Assembly (NCBI GenBank): GCA_963841435.1
Contig: CAWJCS010000006.1
Span: 1,760,001 to 1,824,000, forward strand
Direction of reading: 5' to 3'
Length of the DNA: 64,000 nt
DNA from: an uncultured delta proteobacterium
GTDB taxonomy: Bacteria; Myxococcota_A; Polyangia; Polyangiales; Polyangiaceae
In this document: piece by piece, positions 39,340 to 48,579 of the stretch
Layout of the letters: the number at the start of each line of letters is the position of its first letter
Numbering within the stretch: position 1 is the first letter of the stretch
Made by a program: the position numbers and the translations under genes
Notes under the pieces: generated by a model
The model's input: only the letters and a program-made list of their open reading frames with translations
What the model was told of the DNA's origin: nothing
Database searches by the model: none

Positions 39340-40710
39340 AGCTGCGCGTTCCGCCGGGCGGGCCGATCCCAGCCCAGATCGAGCCGCATGACGCGCCGCC
39401 GGAGCCGCTGCCAGCCGTCTTCGTCGGCGTAGGCGGCGAGGGCGCGGCCGAGCGCCCCCACGAGCTCGCCCGGCTTTGCCCCGTCGAAGAGGAACCCCGT
39501 GCCGGTCTCGAGCGACGCCTCGGCATCGACGATGCCGTCGAGGCGCGTCCCCGTCGCCAGGGCGACCGGTAGCGCCCCGTAGCGCTGGGCCACCGCGTGG
39601 ATCATCTCCGAGGGCGCGGCACGAGTCGGCAGGAGCACGATGTCGGCTGCCGCCATGAGGCGTCGGAACCCCGCGTCGTCGCGCCGCTCGACGAGCGCCA
39701 GCGCGTCGGGTTGGGCCTGCCGAGCGTTCCGGAAGGTCTCGAGCAGGGGCTCGCCCTCGCCTTCGACGACGATCAGCGAGAGGCGCTCCTTGGCGAGCGA
39801 TGGGAGCGCCTCGAGCAAGAGGTCCGCCCCGTGGGCGCGGTCGAGCGGCCCCGGGAAGACCACGAGGGGCGGATTGATGTCGAGGTCGAGCCGGTGCTCC
39901 CGCAACACGACCCCCTTGGTCCGTGCCTTGAGCCAGGCGTCCTCCGCGTCGTAGCGCGCCTCGAGCGCTGCATCGACGGCGGGGTTGTGCGTGGCGTAGT
40001 CGAGGCCAGTCGGCACGCCCACGACGGGCTCCGAAAGCCGCGCGAAGCGCTCCGCGAGGGGGCCGGTGACGGCCGCGTCCGCCAGCGTCGCGGCGTAGCT
40101 CGCCGACGGGGTGAGCACCATGCCGGCCTCGCTCAAGCCGAGCCCGAGCGCGCAGGCCCGCCCCCCGACGTTGAGCTTCTCGGCGAGCGCCGGCTCGAGG
40201 CCACTCAGCACGCTCGTGTCGAACCAGCCCGCGCGCGCGGCGTCGTAGATCGTGAGGGCGAGCGGCGGGCGGGGCGCATCGAGGTGCGCGGCGACGAGCC
40301 CGGCGAGCGAGCCGTGGGCATGCACGACGTTCGAACGGCGCGTCGCGCCTGCGCTGGCGTACCAGAGCCGCGGCGGCGCGCCCGATCTCCATCCCCGCGG
40401 CGAAGAGAGCGGGCCCGCCGTCGAGAGTCGGGCTCGGCTCGGGCAAGCCGGGCACGTCGAACAGCACGAGCTCCACGCCCGAGGCGAGCGGACAATCGTA
40501 GACGATCACGTCGCCACCGGGCGCCGCGAGCGGAGTGAGCCGGCGCGCCAGCAGGAGGCCGTGCGCTTCGAAGGCCCCAAAGCGTGGCAACGCAACGGTG
40601 ACGCGATGGCCGAGCTGCTTGAGTGCCTTGCCAAGCGCCGGCACGGCGTCGCCGACCTCGGTGACTCGAGCGTAGGGCCCGAGCTCGGCGGCGACCATCA
40701 AGATATCCAT
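39315..40710 (-). CDS. glgA: Glycogen/starch synthase (GT5) homologue with degenerate catalytic motifs; +1 frameshift at ~40330
   Basis: MDILMVAAE.GPY, L..LGHRVTVALP, FDVVHAH (after repair), AQRYG.LPV, TGFLFD, DLGWDRPA..Y..L. Confidence 0.7.
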
Positions 40711-40808
40711 GGGCGGGGTCGTTACACCCGACCCCCCCAGGAACCAAGGGGCAAGCCGCGGCCCCCCGATGGCCGCTCTGCCCCGACGGGTGTATGTGCG
40801 GGCGCACG

Positions 40809-41714
40809 ATGGACGATTTGGTCAGCAAGGCGGCCGTCCTGCACGAGGCCCTGCCCTACATCCGGCGCTTTCAGGGCAAGACGTTCGTGGTCAAGTACGG
40901 CGGCCACGCCATGGTCGACGAGGCCCTGAAGGAGAGCTTCGCGCGAGACGTGTGCCTCCTCCGCTACGTGGGCATCCGCATCGTCGTCGTCCACGGCGGG
41001 GGCCCGCAGATCAATCGCATGCTCGAGCGCGTGGGGCTCAAGACGACCTTCTCCGGAGGCCTCCGCATCACCGACGATGCGACGATGGAGATGGTGGAGA
41101 TGGTGCTCGGAGGCGGGGTGAATCAGGAAATCGTCGGGCTCATCTGCCAGCACGGGGGCCGCGCCATCGGGCTTTCGGGGCGCGACGACCGCTTCCTCAT
41201 CGCCAAACGGCTCGACCGCGTGCCGGCGAAGGACGAGCAAGGCTCACCCATGCTCGTCGACCTCGGCCGCGTCGGCGAGGTCACGCACGTGGAGACCGGC
41301 GTGCTCGAGCAGCTCACGGCCAGCGGCTTCATCCCCGTGGTGGCGCCCATCGGCGTCGATCAGGACGGGGCTTCGCTGAACGTCAACGCCGACACCGTGG
41401 CCGGCGCCGTGGGCGGGGCGCTCCGCGCGACCAAGCTCGTGTTGATGACCGACGTCGAGGGCGTGCGAACGGCCGACGGTACCTTCCTGAGCTCTCTCGA
41501 AACGTCGGAGGCCGAGCGCCTGATCGGCGAGGGCATCATCACGGGCGGCATGATCCCGAAGATCCGCTGCGCGCTCGAGGCCGTGAGCTCCGGCGTCGAA
41601 CAGGTCCACGTCATCGACGGCCGCCGTCGCCACGCGCTTTTGCTCGAAATCTTCACGGATCGGGGCGTCGGCACCGAGATCCGACGGCCGGGAGCCGGAC
41701 GCCGCGAAGGCTGA
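40809..41714 (+). CDS. argB: Acetylglutamate kinase
   Basis: EALPYI, VVKYGGHAM, VVHGGGPQI, GLRITD, NVNADTVA, TDVEGV, GGMIPK, LLEIFTDRGVGT. Confidence 0.96.
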   Translation: MDDLVSKAAVLHEALPYIRRFQGKTFVVKYGGHAMVDEALKESFARDVCLLRYVGIRIVVVHGGGPQINRMLERVGLKTTFSGGLRITDDATMEMVEMVLGGGVNQEIVGLICQHGGRAIGLSGRDDRFLIAKRLDRVPAKDEQGSPMLVDLGRVGEVTHVETGVLEQLTASGFIPVVAPIGVDQDGASLNVNADTVAGAVGGALRATKLVLMTDVEGVRTADGTFLSSLETSEAERLIGEGIITGGMIPKIRCALEAVSSGVEQVHVIDGRRRHALLLEIFTDRGVGTEIRRPGAGRREG

Positions 41715-41720
41715 GGTCGG

Positions 41721-42743
41721 GTGAGCGGCGAGCGTCCAGCGGGGGTCTCGGCCGGCGCCATCCTGCGGCGGCTCCGGGTCTCCGCCGAGCACGCGGGGCA
41801 GCGGCTCGACGTGTTCGTGCAGACCCAGCTGCGCCATACGAGCCGAACACGCGCGCAACGCATCATCGCGGGCAGCGCGTACGATGCCCTCGGCCGTCGC
41901 GTGAAGGCGAGCGACCGCGTGCGCGAGGGCGAAGAAATCTTGCTCTGGCGCGAGCCGTTCGAGGACGACGAGGAGCAACCGCCGCTGCCCGTGCTCTACG
42001 AAGACCCGCACTTGCTCGTCATCGACAAGCCCCCGCTCGTCGCCGTCCATCCGACAGCACGCTATCACAAGCACACGGTCATCGCGCGACTCCGCGCGGA
42101 CCGGCCGGGTGAAACGCCCACGCTGGTCCACCGCCTCGATCGCGAGACCAGCGGCATTCTGCTCGTGGCCCGCACGCTTCAGGCCGACCGGGCCTTCAAA
42201 CGGCTGCTGGAGGACCGGAGCCTCGGGCTCGAGGGTCCCCCCGTGAAGAAGATTTACCTCGCCATTTCGAAGGGCGTGCCTCCCGAGGGGCTCGTCGAGC
42301 TGCCCCTGGAGCTCGATGCCGGGAACCCGATGCGCGTGAAGATGCGCGTCGCCGCGCCCGGCACGGGGCAGCTGGCGCGCACGGGCGTGACCATCGTCGA
42401 GACACGCGCCGGCTACTCGCTCGTGCGCTGCGAGCTTCACACCGGCCGTCAGCACCAGATCCGGGTGCACCTCGCGGCGCTCGGCTGCCCGGTCGTGGGC
42501 GACAAGCTCTACGGGCCCGACGAAACCCTACTCGCGCGCGCCGCCGACAAGAAGCTCACCGACGGCGACCTCGAGAAGCTCGAGCTTGCTCGCCACGCGC
42601 TCCACGCGCACCGCTACGCGCTGCCTCACGCCGTCACCGGCGATGCGCTCGATCTGGAATCGCCCCTCCCCGCCGATCTTCTCGCTTTCTGGGAAACGCG
42701 CCGCACCGATGCCCCGGCCCCCGACGCGCGGCCCGCCCCGTGA
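41721..42743 (+). CDS. RluA/RluD-family RNA pseudouridine synthase with S4 domain
   Basis: GQRLD..., IDKPP, VHRLDRETSG, LHTGRQHQIRVHL, PVVGDKLYG, LHA. Confidence 0.92.
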   Translation: MSGERPAGVSAGAILRRLRVSAEHAGQRLDVFVQTQLRHTSRTRAQRIIAGSAYDALGRRVKASDRVREGEEILLWREPFEDDEEQPPLPVLYEDPHLLVIDKPPLVAVHPTARYHKHTVIARLRADRPGETPTLVHRLDRETSGILLVARTLQADRAFKRLLEDRSLGLEGPPVKKIYLAISKGVPPEGLVELPLELDAGNPMRVKMRVAAPGTGQLARTGVTIVETRAGYSLVRCELHTGRQHQIRVHLAALGCPVVGDKLYGPDETLLARAADKKLTDGDLEKLELARHALHAHRYALPHAVTGDALDLESPLPADLLAFWETRRTDAPAPDARPAP

Positions 42744-42782
42744 CCGACGCCGCTTGACGGCCTCGCTGGCTCGCCGGCTAAC

Positions 42783-43385
42783 TTGGTCCATGACGCTGGG
42801 CCCCTCGAACACATCGTGCAGCCGGACGGGCACGCCGCGAAGGAATTCTTGCTCGACTGGCAGCCCTTCGGCGCCCCGGCGACGAGCTACGGTCACGACC
42901 CCGAGACCGCCTGGCTGCTGCTCGAGACGGCGGCAACAGTCGGTCGCCCCGAAGACCCCGCCGCGCGCGCCGTGGCCCGGCGCGTCGGCGAGGCGGCGGC
43001 TCGAACGGGGTTCGACGCTCGAGCCGGCGGGTATTTCGAGGAGGGCGTGCCTTTCGGCGCGCCCGACAAGCTCGAGAAGATCTGGTGGATCCAGGCCGAG
43101 GCGATCCCGAGCCTGTTTCGGTTGTGGGCGCTCGGCGGCGGCGAGGTGGACCTCGAGCGCCTCGAGCGAACCTTGGACTTCATCGAGTCCAAACAGCGCG
43201 ACCGCGAGCACGGCGGCCTCTTCTGGGGCATCGCCCCCGACGGCTCGGTCGGCCCGCACGGCGGGAACAAGGGCGAGGAGTGGAAAGCGAGCTACCACGA
43301 GCTTCGCGCGCTCGTGCTCACCACCGACTGGATTCGCGCGGCGCTCGGCGACGACCCCCGGCCCGCGCGGGTGACCGCGCTATAG
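42783..43385 (+). pseudogene. C-terminal half of an AGE/cellobiose 2-epimerase family gene (5'-truncated)
   Basis: SYGHDPETAWLL, KIWWIQAEA, WKASYHELRA; only ~200 aa, and only ~40 bp separate it from the upstream gene. Confidence 0.7.
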
Positions 43386-43395
43386 TCGTCGTCCG

Positions 43396-44262
43396 ATGTC
43401 GCGCCACCCCGACTCGCGCCTCAACGCGACAGCGTTGCTCTCGCTGCTCGTCGGGATCTTCGGGACGCTCTGTTTCTTCTGGGGCATTGCCGGCGTCGCC
43501 GCCGTCGTGCTCGGAGCCGTCGCCTACCGGGAGATCAAGCGCTCCGAGGGGCGCGAGCACGGCGCGGGGCTCGCCATATCGGGCATCGTGCTCGGGGTCG
43601 TCCACCTGGTCGCGCTCGTCGTCGGCGTCGGCCTTTTGGTCGTCCTCCAGTCGTCGCTGTTCGGTGGCAAAAGGACCCTGGGCGGGTCGGCGACCTGGGC
43701 GCCGCGCGCCGCGCCGGCCCCGTTGCCCAAGCCGGTCCCGGTGCCCCCCTCGCCCCCGGCGACGGAAGACACGGCGGCGACGGCGACGCGCGAGACCGCC
43801 ACGCGCATCGCCCACTTTGCGGGGGTCACGCTCGTCGATCCGGGGCCGAACGCCGGTCGGCTCGGTGCCGTGCTCGCGAACGAGCGACAGCGCGCGGCGC
43901 AGGCCGAGCAAAAGCTCCTGGTTTGGCTCAGCGCCCCCGACTGCACCTCGTGCACCGGGGTCTCGATCGCGCTCACCGATCGCAGGCTCCAGACGGCCCT
44001 CGACGGCGTCCGCCTGCTTCGCATCGATGCGCGTGACTACAGGGTGGAGCTCGCCGCGCGGGGCCTCGACCCCAACGTGCTGCCCGGGTTTGCCCTGCTC
44101 GGTTCCCACGACGAGCCCATCGACTATGTGAACGGCGGCGAATGGGACGAAGACATCGCGAAGAACATTGCACCCGTGCTGAGAAAATTCGTTCAGGGCA
44201 CCTACAAGACCCGTCGCAACGCGTGGACGGGTGTGCCGCACGCGGGCGACGCCCTCCTCTGA
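43396..44262 (+). CDS. DUF4190-like two-TM protein fused to a thioredoxin-like domain
   Basis: A.LSLLVGI...AVVLGAVAYREIKRS..RE.G.GLAISGIVLG (DUF4190 pattern); LLVWLSAPDCTSC (CxxC). Confidence 0.7.
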   Translation: MSRHPDSRLNATALLSLLVGIFGTLCFFWGIAGVAAVVLGAVAYREIKRSEGREHGAGLAISGIVLGVVHLVALVVGVGLLVVLQSSLFGGKRTLGGSATWAPRAAPAPLPKPVPVPPSPPATEDTAATATRETATRIAHFAGVTLVDPGPNAGRLGAVLANERQRAAQAEQKLLVWLSAPDCTSCTGVSIALTDRRLQTALDGVRLLRIDARDYRVELAARGLDPNVLPGFALLGSHDEPIDYVNGGEWDEDIAKNIAPVLRKFVQGTYKTRRNAWTGVPHAGDALL

Positions 44263-44356
44263 TCAGCTTTCATTCGGCGGAATGTCGGGGTCGGAGATCG
44301 GGAAGTTCGCTGCAGCTGGAAATCGCGCGGGACCAGGCTACTATGCCGCCCCGTCC

Positions 44357-45904
44357 ATGCCGACGACCTCCCAGCGCCTGGCCACTCCGCTTCCAATCGG
44401 AGCCGCCGTGATCCCCGGAACCCTGCGCGCGCGCCTCGAGGAAGTTCGAGCCCGTGGCGAGCGGATGAATCTCAAACAAGCCGTCGGGATCGTGGTTCCG
44501 CTGTGCGTCGAGGTCGCGGACCTACACCGCAAGGGCCACCGCCTCTTCGTTCACCCGTCGAGCCTCGCCGAGAACGAGTACGGCTTTTACAATCTGTCCC
44601 TCGAGCTCGCCCAAAAGCCCCCGATCCTGCCGCGCGACAAGGCGTGCCTCGCCCCCGAGGAGCGCAGCGGTCAGCCGGGCGTCGCGCGGGCCAGCGTCTT
44701 CGCGATCGGCGCGATCCTCTACGAGCTGGTGACCGGGTTGTCGCTCGGGCCGGGCATGCGGCGTCCGAGCGATGTCGTCCCCGGGTTGCCGCAGAACTTC
44801 GAGGGCGTCATCGCCAAGGCCCTGGTCTCCGACCCAGCGCACCGACCGGACGACCTGAATGCGCTCGCCATGGCGCTGCATCAATTCGCGCCACCCGGTA
44901 GCCTGGCTCCGCCGCCCCCCGCGGACGTCACGCACCTCGACCACGACTCGAACTTCGAGGTCGATCTGCGCATGTCGATGCTTCCCCCCGAGGACCTCCC
45001 CGAACGGCTGCGCGCGGCCGGGTTGGCGGCGCATGCCCCCCGATCGGCGCCGCGCTCCGGCGACGCGACGAGCGAGCTTGCGTCACTCAAGGCGCGCCTC
45101 GAGTCCGATCCCCGCCCCCGCTACGTCGTGGTCAAGGAGGGCATGGATCACGGACCCTTCAGCGCCGTCGAGCTCCTGCAGCAGATCACGACGCACACCT
45201 TCGTGGACTCCGACGTGCTGCGCGACTCGCTCAGCAACGACGAGCGCACCATCAAGGACTGGGAAGAGTTCGCTCCCTTTGCCGAGCATGCTCGCTTGCA
45301 CCGCGACATCAGGGCCGAGAAGGAAGCGATCGATCGCGTGGTCGTGCAGGAGAGCCGAAGCACGCGCGGCAAGGCGATTTTCGGCGTCGCAATCGTGGGC
45401 GCGCTGCTCGCCGCGGGTGCCGTGTGGTTCCTGACGGTGCGCGGCTCCAAGAAGGACGACGTCGATATGCTCGACGACACGCTGTCGAACATCGAGGTCG
45501 ATGGCGGTCTCAACGCCAGCGGCAAGCGTGGCGGCAGCAAGGGCCGGCGCGTCATGGGGCGGGGGCCTGGCGGCGTGCCGATTCTCGGCGGTGGCATGAG
45601 CTGCGAGTCCGCTCAGAACGCCTACGTCGAGGAGATGAACATCGGCGGTCCGCGAGGTCAGGCCGATATCACCGCGGGGCAGTACGGCAACATCCTGAAT
45701 CGCGGCAGCTACTTTGCGCACTGCGGCGTGCCCAATTCCACGGGCCTCAGCATCTGCGCCGCAGTGCAGAACGGCCGCGCGGTGGGCGTCACGGTCGTGG
45801 CGCGGCCGCGCAGTCGAGGGGTGGAGTCCTGCGTCGCAGCGGCCGTGCGAGGCCTCAGCTTTCCGAGCCATCCGAAGCTCGACGTGACGCGCACGACATT
45901 CTGA
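44357..45904 (+). CDS. Pseudokinase C-lobe + GYF_2-like domain + TM + TonB/AgmX-C-like periplasmic domain
   Basis: LAPEE, SVFAIGAILYELVTG, IAKAL..DPAHRP with no VAIK/HRD/DFG; YVVVKEGMDHGPFSAVEL; TM IFGVAIVGALLAAGAVWFL; C-terminal CVAAAVRGLSFP. Confidence 0.6.
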   Translation: MPTTSQRLATPLPIGAAVIPGTLRARLEEVRARGERMNLKQAVGIVVPLCVEVADLHRKGHRLFVHPSSLAENEYGFYNLSLELAQKPPILPRDKACLAPEERSGQPGVARASVFAIGAILYELVTGLSLGPGMRRPSDVVPGLPQNFEGVIAKALVSDPAHRPDDLNALAMALHQFAPPGSLAPPPPADVTHLDHDSNFEVDLRMSMLPPEDLPERLRAAGLAAHAPRSAPRSGDATSELASLKARLESDPRPRYVVVKEGMDHGPFSAVELLQQITTHTFVDSDVLRDSLSNDERTIKDWEEFAPFAEHARLHRDIRAEKEAIDRVVVQESRSTRGKAIFGVAIVGALLAAGAVWFLTVRGSKKDDVDMLDDTLSNIEVDGGLNASGKRGGSKGRRVMGRGPGGVPILGGGMSCESAQNAYVEEMNIGGPRGQADITAGQYGNILNRGSYFAHCGVPNSTGLSICAAVQNGRAVGVTVVARPRSRGVESCVAAAVRGLSFPSHPKLDVTRTTF

Positions 45905-45922
45905 GGGAGAACCGGGGGGGCC

Positions 45923-46762
45923 GTGACCCGCCACACCAATCTCGAGCGCCGGCTTGCTGCCGCACCACTCACGCGCTGGCTCGCCCTCGCGGTCCTGCTG
46001 GTCACGGCGGCGTGCACGGTGCCCGTCGCGGCCGGGCTCGAAGAGAGCGACGCCACGGCGGCGGTGGTGGCGCTCGAGAAAAACGGCGTGCCGTCGGAGA
46101 AGGAGCGCGATCCCGAGAAAGAAGGCGCCTATCGGGTCGTGGTGACGCGCGACGACTCGGCAGCGGCGCTCAGGGTGCTCTCGGACGAGGGGCTGCCGCC
46201 CCCCGCGTCGCCCGGCGTCCTCGATGCGCTCGGCAAGGGCTCGATGGTCCCGAGCCGACTCTCGGAGCAGGCCAAGCTCGTCTCCGGCACGAGTGGTGAG
46301 CTCGAACGCTCGCTGCGCGCCCTCGATGGCGTGGTCTCGGCGCGGGTCCACCTGGCCGTCGCTCCCCGCGACCCGCTCGCTTACGGCGAGACGCTACCGA
46401 CCGTCACGGCGTCGGTGCTGATCCGGCACCACGGCGCGACCCCACCGCTCGCTCCGTCCGAGATCCAACGCCTCGTCGCGGGCGCGGTGGCCGGTCTTTC
46501 GCCCGAGCACGTGTCGGTGGTGCTCTCGCCGGCCCCGAAGCCGGCGCAGGCCGCCGCTCGCGAGCTTGCCCGCTTCGGACCCCTCACGGTCACGCGCGCC
46601 TCGATGCCCGCGCTGCGCGGCATGGTGGCAGCCGCCGTGCTGACGAACGTCGTTCTCATCGGCTGCTTGCTGCTGCTCTGGGCGCGGATCCGCCGGACGG
46701 AGACCGCCGTCACCGCCGCGCGCGAAGAGCCCGCCGTCCCCCGGCAGAAGCGCTCGGCGTAG
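45923..46762 (+). CDS. sctJ: SctJ/YscJ/HrcJ-family type III secretion inner-membrane ring lipoprotein
   Basis: Lipobox TAAC, GLEESDA..VVAL..NGV, L..EGLP, GSMVPS..EQAK....SGELERSL..LDGVVSARVHL, TASVLI, IQRLVAGAVAGL..EHVSVV, C-terminal TM. Confidence 0.88.
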   Translation: MTRHTNLERRLAAAPLTRWLALAVLLVTAACTVPVAAGLEESDATAAVVALEKNGVPSEKERDPEKEGAYRVVVTRDDSAAALRVLSDEGLPPPASPGVLDALGKGSMVPSRLSEQAKLVSGTSGELERSLRALDGVVSARVHLAVAPRDPLAYGETLPTVTASVLIRHHGATPPLAPSEIQRLVAGAVAGLSPEHVSVVLSPAPKPAQAAARELARFGPLTVTRASMPALRGMVAAAVLTNVVLIGCLLLLWARIRRTETAVTAAREEPAVPRQKRSA

Positions 46763-46792
46763 GCCCGGTCCGGCGGTGCCCGACCCCGCGCT

Positions 46793-47464
46793 TCAGGGCC
46801 GCGTGATGGTCGTGGCAGGGGGCGCAATCGAGCACCACGAATAGCAGCACAGGGGATCGCCGCCCTGGCGCCGCTCGTTACTGAGCGCGGGGTCGAAGAG
46901 CGCGCCGCGCGGCACGGCGTACACCCGGTCCTCTGGTGGCCGGATCGCCGCCGGACAGCGGTCGAACGGGCTCGACGCTAGCTCGCCCTCGGTTCCGCCC
47001 TCGAGCTCGAAGATGCAATACGACTCGGGGAACGAAAGCGGCTGTCGGCACTGGCTCTCGGGGACATCGGCGGGCGAAACGACCGTCAGGGCGCCGCACC
47101 ACCCGTAGCAGCACTGCTGGCCGGGGGGCGCGCGCCGGCGGGCCAGCTCGGTGCGGGGGGCGTCGAAGCGCCCCGCACCGTCGCGTGGCGGGAACGCGGC
47201 GTCCTGAACCTCGATCGACGAGGGGCAGGTCGAATACGGCTCGGGCGCAGGCCTCGACGACTGCACGGGCAAGAGCGCGTCGCAGAAATACTCGCGAGCT
47301 TCGTCGACGCCGCAGGCCACGCGGGCCTCGCGGTCGACGCCGCCTCCCGCCCTGGGAGGAGACGCCCGCTTGCCGCAACCGAGCGGAAACCCGATGACCA
47401 GCAGGACCGCCCACCAACGGCAGACAGGCCGATGCCATCGAGCGCAGAGCCGTGCTCCCATCAC
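46793..47464 (-). CDS. Cys-rich lipoprotein with two internal repeats
   Basis: Lipobox PLGC; two ~70-aa units ending CCYGWC and CCYSWC. Confidence 0.65.
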   Translation of the reverse strand: MMGARLCARWHRPVCRWWAVLLVIGFPLGCGKRASPPRAGGGVDREARVACGVDEAREYFCDALLPVQSSRPAPEPYSTCPSSIEVQDAAFPPRDGAGRFDAPRTELARRRAPPGQQCCYGWCGALTVVSPADVPESQCRQPLSFPESYCIFELEGGTEGELASSPFDRCPAAIRPPEDRVYAVPRGALFDPALSNERRQGGDPLCCYSWCSIAPPATTITRP

Positions 47465-47522
47465 CGCCCGTTCCTATAGCACCGTGACCAGCGCGCGGTC
47501 GCTTTCGGGTACCCTGAGCGGC

Positions 47523-48542
47523 ATGAAAGAGCGATCCATAGAAGCTCGCGTCGGCGCTCTGATCCTAGTCGCCGTCGCGCTGCTCGCAGCGTTCTTGCTC
47601 GTGATGAGCGGCGTCACCTTCCAGCCGACGCTCACGGTTTACGTCTCCTTCGAGAACCCGGGTGGTCTCGCGGCGGGGGCCCCGGTTCGCATCTCGGGGG
47701 TCAAGGTCGGGCACGTCAGCGACCTCGAGTTCATCGGCGGGCAGGACGGCAGGCCGGCCTCGTCCGACGCCCTCATCCGAGCCGTGGCGAAGATCGAGCG
47801 TCGCTATGCCGACGCCATCCACGACGACGCACGCTGGTACGTCACGGCCCAGGGCGTGCTGGGCGAGATGTTCCTGGGCGTCGACCCCGGGTCACGCAAC
47901 CGGCCGCCGATCCACGACGGCATGGAGGTAAAGGGGGTGAGCCCGCCTCAGCTCGATCTGCTGCTGAGCGAGAGCTACGAGCTCTTGCACCGCGCCTACG
48001 AGGGACTCTCCGCGAACGAGCAAAAGATCGCCGAAACCTTCGACGGCCTGCACCGAACCCTGGGCCTCACCGGCAACCTGATCGAGGCGACGGGCCCCAA
48101 GCTCCAGAAAGCCGCCGACAACGCCGAAGCGCTCTCCAGCGACGCCCGCGCCCTGCTCGCGGCGGCGCGGGACCGCTACGTCGATGGTCCGCAGATCACG
48201 CGCATCATGAACAACGTCGAGCGCTCCTCGCAGGTCATGAACGAGCACCTCGCTCCGCTCGTGAGCGACGGCAGCGAGGTGCTCGCCGACGCGAAGAAGA
48301 TCACGCGCGTGCTCGCGACGGACGACCAGCTCGGCCGGATCGCCCGCATCACGCGCGATGCGAGCGACGCCGCCGCGATCGCCAAAGCGACGGCGGAGGA
48401 CGCGCACTCGCTCGTGCTCAAGGTGAAGCAGGGCCAAGGGACCGCTGGCGCGTTGCTCTCCGACGAAGCGCTCTACGACGACCTCAGCGAGCTCGTGCGC
48501 GACCTGAAGCACAATCCCTGGAAGATTCTTTGGAAGCAATGA
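47523..48542 (+). CDS. mlaD: MCE/MlaD-family protein with long helical extension
   Basis: EARVGALIL TM, F.NPGGL..GAPVRISGVKVGHV, GVLGEMFL.VDPG, G.GTAGALL.D..LY, HNPWKIL. Confidence 0.85.
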   Translation: MKERSIEARVGALILVAVALLAAFLLVMSGVTFQPTLTVYVSFENPGGLAAGAPVRISGVKVGHVSDLEFIGGQDGRPASSDALIRAVAKIERRYADAIHDDARWYVTAQGVLGEMFLGVDPGSRNRPPIHDGMEVKGVSPPQLDLLLSESYELLHRAYEGLSANEQKIAETFDGLHRTLGLTGNLIEATGPKLQKAADNAEALSSDARALLAAARDRYVDGPQITRIMNNVERSSQVMNEHLAPLVSDGSEVLADAKKITRVLATDDQLGRIARITRDASDAAAIAKATAEDAHSLVLKVKQGQGTAGALLSDEALYDDLSELVRDLKHNPWKILWKQ

Positions 48543-48579
48543 GCGCCGGGGGTTCCGGCGCGCGGTGCGCGAGCGACCG

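Noticed and set aside
789-40331. Programmed +1 ribosomal frameshifting as the cause of the split genes
   Set aside because: One site (2261) has the extra A on the non-coding strand, there are no slippery or stimulatory elements, and the genes are functionally unrelated.
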